A DNA stretch of 56,124 bases from positions 1 through 56,124 of IMG/VR virus record IMGVR_UViG_3300038749_000008; one strand, written 5' to 3'. Shown here piece by piece: positions 53,698-56,124 of the stretch (within the stretch, counting starts at the first letter, position 1; each line of letters starts with the position of its first letter). The notes beneath the pieces were generated by a model. The model did not search any database. It was not told the DNA's origin and saw only the letters and a list, made by a program, of their open reading frames with translations. Source of the DNA: a virus. Its lineage: Duplodnaviria > Caudoviricetes. A program made the position numbers and the translations under genes.

Positions 53698-55318
53698 CCG
53701 CTTCTCGACAGACCTGCAGAGCGAGAGTTCGATTGAGGACCAGGCCGCCCTCTGCCGCGCCTTCGCCACGCGCGAGGGAATGGAGGTCGTCGCGACCTAT
53801 GAAGACCGCGCGCGCTCCGGTGGTTCGATGTTCGGGCGGGACGGATTGATCGGGATGATGCTGGCCGCGCAGACGAGACAGTTCGACGTGCTGATCGTCG
53901 AGGCTCTCGACCGTCTCTCGCGCGACATGGAAGACCTTGCCGGGCTACACAAGCGGCTGACCTTTCTCGGCATTGAGATTCGTGCGGTTCATGAGGGGCC
54001 GGTGAACACGGTCCTGGTAGGCCTTCGCGGTCTCGTCGGCCAGCTCTATCGCGAGGACAATGCGCACAAGGTCCGGCGCGGCATGGCGGGTGTCATCCGC
54101 GCCGGGCGCGCGGGCGGCGGACGCGCCTATGGATATGACATGGTTCCGGGCGAACGCGGACGGCGCGCCGTCGACGAGGCCGAGGCGGCGATTGTCCGGC
54201 GCATCTTCGCTGAATTTCTGGCAGGGAAATCGCCGCGCGCGATCGCGGCCGGGCTGAATGCCGAACGGATCGCGCCGCCGCGCGGGCGCGCCTGGAACGC
54301 CAGCACGATCACCGGCAGCGGCGCGCGGGGGAACGGCATTCTGCGCAATGAAATCTACGCGGGAAGGCTCGTCTGGAACAAAATCCGCATGCTGAAAAAT
54401 CCGGACACCGGCCGCCGCGTGTCCCGGCCCAATCCGCCGGCGGAGTGGCAGACGGTCGAAGTTCCCGAGCTTGCGATCGTCGCGCGCGAAGACTTCGAGG
54501 CCGTGCAGGCGATGAAGCGCGGCCGCGCGAAGATCAGGCCGGAACGCCAGCAGCGCGGCAAGCACCTTCTATCCGGACTTCTGCGTTGCGCCGCCTGCGG
54601 CGCGGGCATGACGGTGACCGGGAAGGACAAGAGCGGACGCCGCCGACTGCGGTGCTCGAGCTGGGTAAACAGCCGCACCTGCCCAGATCCTCATTCCTTT
54701 TATCTCGACAGGATCGAGGCCGCCGTCATCGATCGTCTGCGCGAAGAGATGCTGTCGCCCACCGTCACCGCCGAATATGTGCGCACCTATCACGAGGAGC
54801 GAAAGCGCCTTGCCGCCTCGGCGGACGCCGCGCGACTGCGCCTCGAACGCAGGATAGAGACGGTCGGTCGCGATCTCGAAAGAGTGATCGACGCCATTGC
54901 GGGCGGTCACGGCGACGCGGCGGTGCTCGGGCCGCGCGCGACGGCATTGCACAAGGAACGCGATGATCTTCGGGGAGAGCTTTCGGCGATGGCCGCGCCG
55001 GTCAACATCGTCGCCCTGCACCCGGCCGTCCTGGAGCGCTATGCGGCTCAACTGGAGGCCTTGTCAGCCAGCCTGCGGAAGGCGGACCTTGCGGGCGATC
55101 CGAGCGGCCGCGCGGCGCTGCATGAGCTTCTGACCCGCGTGACCGTCCATCATGACGACACCAGGCGGGGCGGCTTCCACGTCGAAATCCACGGGCGCAT
55201 GGCCACGCTGCTCGGGCAACCGAAGCCGCAACAGGCCGCGCTCGGCTCGCGGGTGGCTTTTTCGGCGGTTGGGATGGTAGCGGAGGACGGATTCGAACCG
55301 CCGACACGCGGATTATGA
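53675..55318 (+). CDS. Large serine recombinase (integrase)
   Basis: 'IYSRFSTDLQ' catalytic Ser, 'DRLSR', recombinase domain, Zn ribbon 'LLSGLLRCAACG', coiled-coil. Confidence 0.95.
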   Translation: MKRAAIYSRFSTDLQSESSIEDQAALCRAFATREGMEVVATYEDRARSGGSMFGRDGLIGMMLAAQTRQFDVLIVEALDRLSRDMEDLAGLHKRLTFLGIEIRAVHEGPVNTVLVGLRGLVGQLYREDNAHKVRRGMAGVIRAGRAGGGRAYGYDMVPGERGRRAVDEAEAAIVRRIFAEFLAGKSPRAIAAGLNAERIAPPRGRAWNASTITGSGARGNGILRNEIYAGRLVWNKIRMLKNPDTGRRVSRPNPPAEWQTVEVPELAIVAREDFEAVQAMKRGRAKIRPERQQRGKHLLSGLLRCAACGAGMTVTGKDKSGRRRLRCSSWVNSRTCPDPHSFYLDRIEAAVIDRLREEMLSPTVTAEYVRTYHEERKRLAASADAARLRLERRIETVGRDLERVIDAIAGGHGDAAVLGPRATALHKERDDLRGELSAMAAPVNIVALHPAVLERYAAQLEALSASLRKADLAGDPSGRAALHELLTRVTVHHDDTRRGGFHVEIHGRMATLLGQPKPQQAALGSRVAFSAVGMVAEDGFEPPTRGL

Positions 55319-55351
55319 TTCCGCTGCTCTAACCAACTGAGCTACTCCGCC
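55275..55351 (-). tRNA. tRNA-Met (CAT), elongator-type; prophage attachment site
   Basis: GGCGGAGTAGCTCAGTTGGTTAGAGCAGCGGAATCATAATCCGCGTGTCGGCGGTTCGAATCCGTCCTCCGCTACCA, 77 nt with encoded CCA. Confidence 0.96.
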
Positions 55352-55398
55352 CCAAGGGCACGGTGGCTTCAATGAGCCTCGGCCTCGAAAGTGAGGGG

Positions 55399-55427
55399 AT
55401 ATAAGGGGCAGCCTCGAAGCCTGTCAA
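55399..55427 (-). promoter_or_regulatory. Sigma70 promoter of the tRNA
   Basis: TTGACA-N17-TTATAT upstream of the tRNA 5' end. Confidence 0.7.
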
Positions 55428-55464
55428 GTTTGAGACAACGGGGCTTCGAAACGACGGCCGAAAA

Positions 55465-56124
55465 CTACGTCGAAGCCTTTTCACTACCCGCTTCCGCCTT
55501 GCGGAAACGCAGCATGGTGAAAAGCCCCATAGGTTTCAGCGACCGCGTCTCCACGAGATCGAGCGTCGTCATATGGGTGATCGTCTCGATGCGGAAATCC
55601 GGATGCCAGCCCAGCGCGCGCGCCGCTGGCGCCATCCAGCGCTCGACCTTGCCGCGCACACCGTGGTCTTGCGCGAAGTGATTGACGATGACGACCTCGC
55701 CGCCCGGCGCGCAGACGCGCTCCAGCTCCTTCAGCACCTTCAGCGGGTCCGGCACGACGGTCATCACATACATCGCAACGACGGTGTCGAAGGACGCGTC
55801 CTCGAACCGCAATTCCGAGGCGTCCATCTCATAAAGCCCGACGACGTTGCGCAGCTTGCGTGCGCGGGTGCGCTGCCGTGCCTTGCGCAGCATGTCCGGT
55901 GAGAAGTCGATGCCGGTGATCTTCAAATGCGGCGCGTAGCGCGGAAGGGCGACACCGGTGCCGACGCCTACTTCGAGCAGCGAGCCCTCGCGCTGATTGA
56001 TGATGTCTATGGCGCGCTTGCGGCCGAAATCGGCAATGGGGCCGAAGGACCAGTCGTAGACGGGCGCCCAACGTGCATAAGCCTTCAGAACCGATTGCTC
56101 GTCGATGCGCGCTAAACCCGTCAA
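55465..56124 (-). CDS. pmtA: Phosphatidylethanolamine N-methyltransferase (host gene)
   Basis: 'AYARWAPVYD..FG', SAM motif 'LEVGVGTG', 'YVMTVVPDP', 'IVNHF..LGW'. Confidence 0.82.
   Translation of the reverse strand: MTGLARIDEQSVLKAYARWAPVYDWSFGPIADFGRKRAIDIINQREGSLLEVGVGTGVALPRYAPHLKITGIDFSPDMLRKARQRTRARKLRNVVGLYEMDASELRFEDASFDTVVAMYVMTVVPDPLKVLKELERVCAPGGEVVIVNHFAQDHGVRGKVERWMAPAARALGWHPDFRIETITHMTTLDLVETRSLKPMGLFTMLRFRKAEAGSEKAST

Larger units (their letters stand above)
1..55318. mobile_element. Lambdoid temperate prophage (siphovirus-type, lambda-like head) integrated at tRNA-Met; left end probably outside the window
   Basis: Complete ordered modules (lysis, tail, head, packaging, replication, cI/cro switch, early genes, integrase) ending at a tRNA 3' end; extensive ATGA/TGATG gene overlaps; no obvious disrupted core genes. 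Confidence 0.96.

Overview
Nearly the whole window (1 to about 55318) is one apparently intact lambdoid temperate siphovirus prophage in a GC-rich host, probably an alphaproteobacterium (inferred from the PmtA and tRNA style). It is integrated at the 3' end of a tRNA-Met(CAT) gene (55275-55351, minus strand) by a large serine recombinase whose stop codon lies inside the tRNA. The other att site is not visible and probably lies left of the window. Left to right: hicB; lysis cassette (spanins, SAR endolysin, holin); tail-fibre region interrupted by an antisense O-acyltransferase; tail tip; tape measure; frameshifting tail chaperones; tail tube; neck; lambda-like head genes with a 3-gene head-spike-like cassette between terL and gpW; terS/cos; HNH; late regulator; replication genes with iterons; a helicase-methyltransferase fusion carrying an intein; a 46 x 18-bp combinatorial repeat gene; a C5 methyltransferase with about 10 internal repeats; the cro/cI switch with 15-bp operators; an early left operon (beta-clamp, PD-(D/E)XK nuclease, SNF2 helicase, PUA/EVE-like protein); a small RDF-like ORF and the integrase; then the host tRNA and pmtA. 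The most notable items are the two-position combinatorial hexapeptide solenoid gene, a predicted pseudoknot abutting the tail-chaperone RBS together with a -1 frameshift, a suhB/MmgR-like sRNA in the late leader, a signal-peptide-bearing tail-fibre-like protein beside an O-acyltransferase, and the integrase/tRNA overlap. All family assignments come from motif recognition by eye, not database searches.
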